This document shows, one piece after another, positions 16,120 to 17,513 of a stretch of 17,513 bases of DNA. Where the stretch lies: the NCBI GenBank assembly GCA_018238545.1, contig JABCTC010000059.1:1-17513 (forward strand). The letters run 5' to 3'. The stretch comes from Candidatus Heimdallarchaeota archaeon (GTDB lineage Archaea; Asgardarchaeota; Heimdallarchaeia; Heimdallarchaeales; Heimdallarchaeaceae). Position 1 is the first letter of the stretch; every line of letters starts with the position of its first letter. The position numbers were made by a program, and so were the translations under genes. The notes beneath the pieces are model-generated. The model was given only the letters and a program-made list of their open reading frames with translations, searched no databases and was not told the DNA's origin.

Positions 16120-17513
16120 TTATATTCCATTATTATAATTTGAATAAATTAAATTCCGCACAATATTATTATATACTGCATTGCCATCAAGATAAATCCC
16201 ATAAACATTCTGATTAATATAATTGGACTGTATTATATTATTATCTCCATCACTAATATAAATTCCATAATTTTGGTTTGTTCCCCAGATGTTATTTGTT
16301 AAAATATAATTATTATCTGCATCATCAGAATTAATGTATATGCCATAATCCTCATTTGAATAAATTGTATTTTTAGCAATATAATTGTTAGTTGCTATAC
16401 CTTTAAGTAATATTCCATGTATGTATTTTGTTATTTCCAATTCTCTAATGATTATACTGCTTGCATTTGTAATGAAGAATCCATGATTACTTGTCAGAGA
16501 ACCAGTCATAACAGGTGGATTGCTATTTGTGAGAGCTGTAAAGACCATATATCCTGTATTTGCATTGGAATAAATCTCAACTGTTTCAGAATAAGTTCCT
16601 GGGAAGATGTAGCAGGATGCAACAGTGCATGTAGGCAATCCAACCGACATAACATCAGCAGCTTTCTGGATGGTCTTGAATGGTTTAGCAAATGTGCCGG
16701 CAAAAGTGTTGCTTCCGCTTGTATCATCAACAAAAAATGGGCCATTATTAATTGCTGTAAAGCCTGATTCTTTCCATCCCATATCAATCCCATCTCCATT
16801 AAAGGCTTCAGTATAATAGTTTGTACCAGTATCCACAGCAGAGCTTAAGGCGGATGTTATAATAAATGAAGTAGTGGTTTCAATCATTGGATCCTGAAAC
16901 GTATTTCCTTGCCCCCAAGTTAGACTCCCATTGGTTGTTCCATTTTGATTTCCATAGATGCAGTTATAGGCCACATAAACAACTCCTGTGGATGTTCTGT
17001 TTATTCCATAATCATCTCCATTTCCATTTGAAAGGATAATGTTGTTATACATTGTTCCACATGATGTTCCACTCCATAATACGCCATCGCCAAATGCAGA
17101 GCCAAATATTGTATTATTTATAATTTTCATGTTGGTAGAGTTAAAAGATAATTTTATTCCATTGGTTGCATTATTATAAATTAAATTTCTATATATTTCA
17201 TTATTATTTCCACCTGTGATAATAATTCCAGAATCCTGACTTTTCCCCCATATTATGTTAGATGCTATATAATTATTATGCGCATTAGTTGAATTAAAAA
17301 ATATACCACCATCATAATCGTTTGAGTAAATTGTGTTTCCTGCAATATAAGTGTTTGTTGCGGTATATCGCAGTTGAATACCTGTATAATGATTTTTGTA
17401 GAACAAGTTAAATTTGATGATAGTATTATCTGCATGGTCAATTCGAATACCATCATCCTGAAAGCCCCCTCCATACGCAGTGTTACTTATAATATAATTG
17501 TTATCTGCCTCAT
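16120..17513 (-). CDS. Right-handed parallel beta-helix (PbH1/NosD-like) repeat protein, 5'-partial and apparently 3'-truncated
   Basis: Repeats of GIxx...NNyI..N.I..N, with an internal DUF1565-like motif FVDDTSGSNTFAGTFAKPFKTIQKAAD. The frame stays open from 17406 to the window end (EADNNYIISNTAYGGGFQDDGIRID...). It ends at ..NNGI-TAA-TAA. Confidence 0.85.
   Translation of the reverse strand, partial: EADNNYIISNTAYGGGFQDDGIRIDHADNTIIKFNLFYKNHYTGIQLRYTATNTYIAGNTIYSNDYDGGIFFNSTNAHNNYIASNIIWGKSQDSGIIITGGNNNEIYRNLIYNNATNGIKLSFNSTNMKIINNTIFGSAFGDGVLWSGTSCGTMYNNIILSNGNGDDYGINRTSTGVVYVAYNCIYGNQNGTTNGSLTWGQGNTFQDPMIETTTSFIITSALSSAVDTGTNYYTEAFNGDGIDMGWKESGFTAINNGPFFVDDTSGSNTFAGTFAKPFKTIQKAADVMSVGLPTCTVASCYIFPGTYSETVEIYSNANTGYMVFTALTNSNPPVMTGSLTSNHGFFITNASSIIIRELEITKYIHGILLKGIATNNYIAKNTIYSNEDYGIYINSDDADNNYILTNNIWGTNQNYGIYISDGDNNIIQSNYINQNVYGIYLDGNAVYNNIVRNLIYSNYNNGI

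Noticed and set aside
1-17513. CRISPR array or rRNA
   Set aside because: No regularly spaced repeats or rRNA-like sequence were seen.

Overview
AT-rich archaeal chromosomal window, probably from an Asgard archaeon (inferred from gene content and protein style, not proven). The left edge holds a partial IS607-family element: a serine-recombinase TnpA interrupted by an in-frame TGA, followed by a long basic ORF in the TnpB position that runs off the window. Next is a translation and ribosome-biogenesis cluster: metG, a 51-aa ribbon-helix-helix regulator missed by the ORF track, aIF-1A/rio1/dim2/PHP on the minus strand, and divergent aIF-2beta/DUF424/nmd3. After it come oligoendopeptidase F, a DinB-family gene, a deletion scar joining a probable DinB N-terminus to the 3' end of a second pepF, an intron-containing tRNA-Trp(CCA), a large secreted Ig/EEP-nuclease/2x lamin-tail-domain protein, a probable PPi-dependent phosphofructokinase, and a beta-helix repeat protein that enters from the right edge and stops mid-repeat. 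The strongest leads are the atypical IS607 second ORF and a structured leader with two coupled uORFs upstream of rio1.
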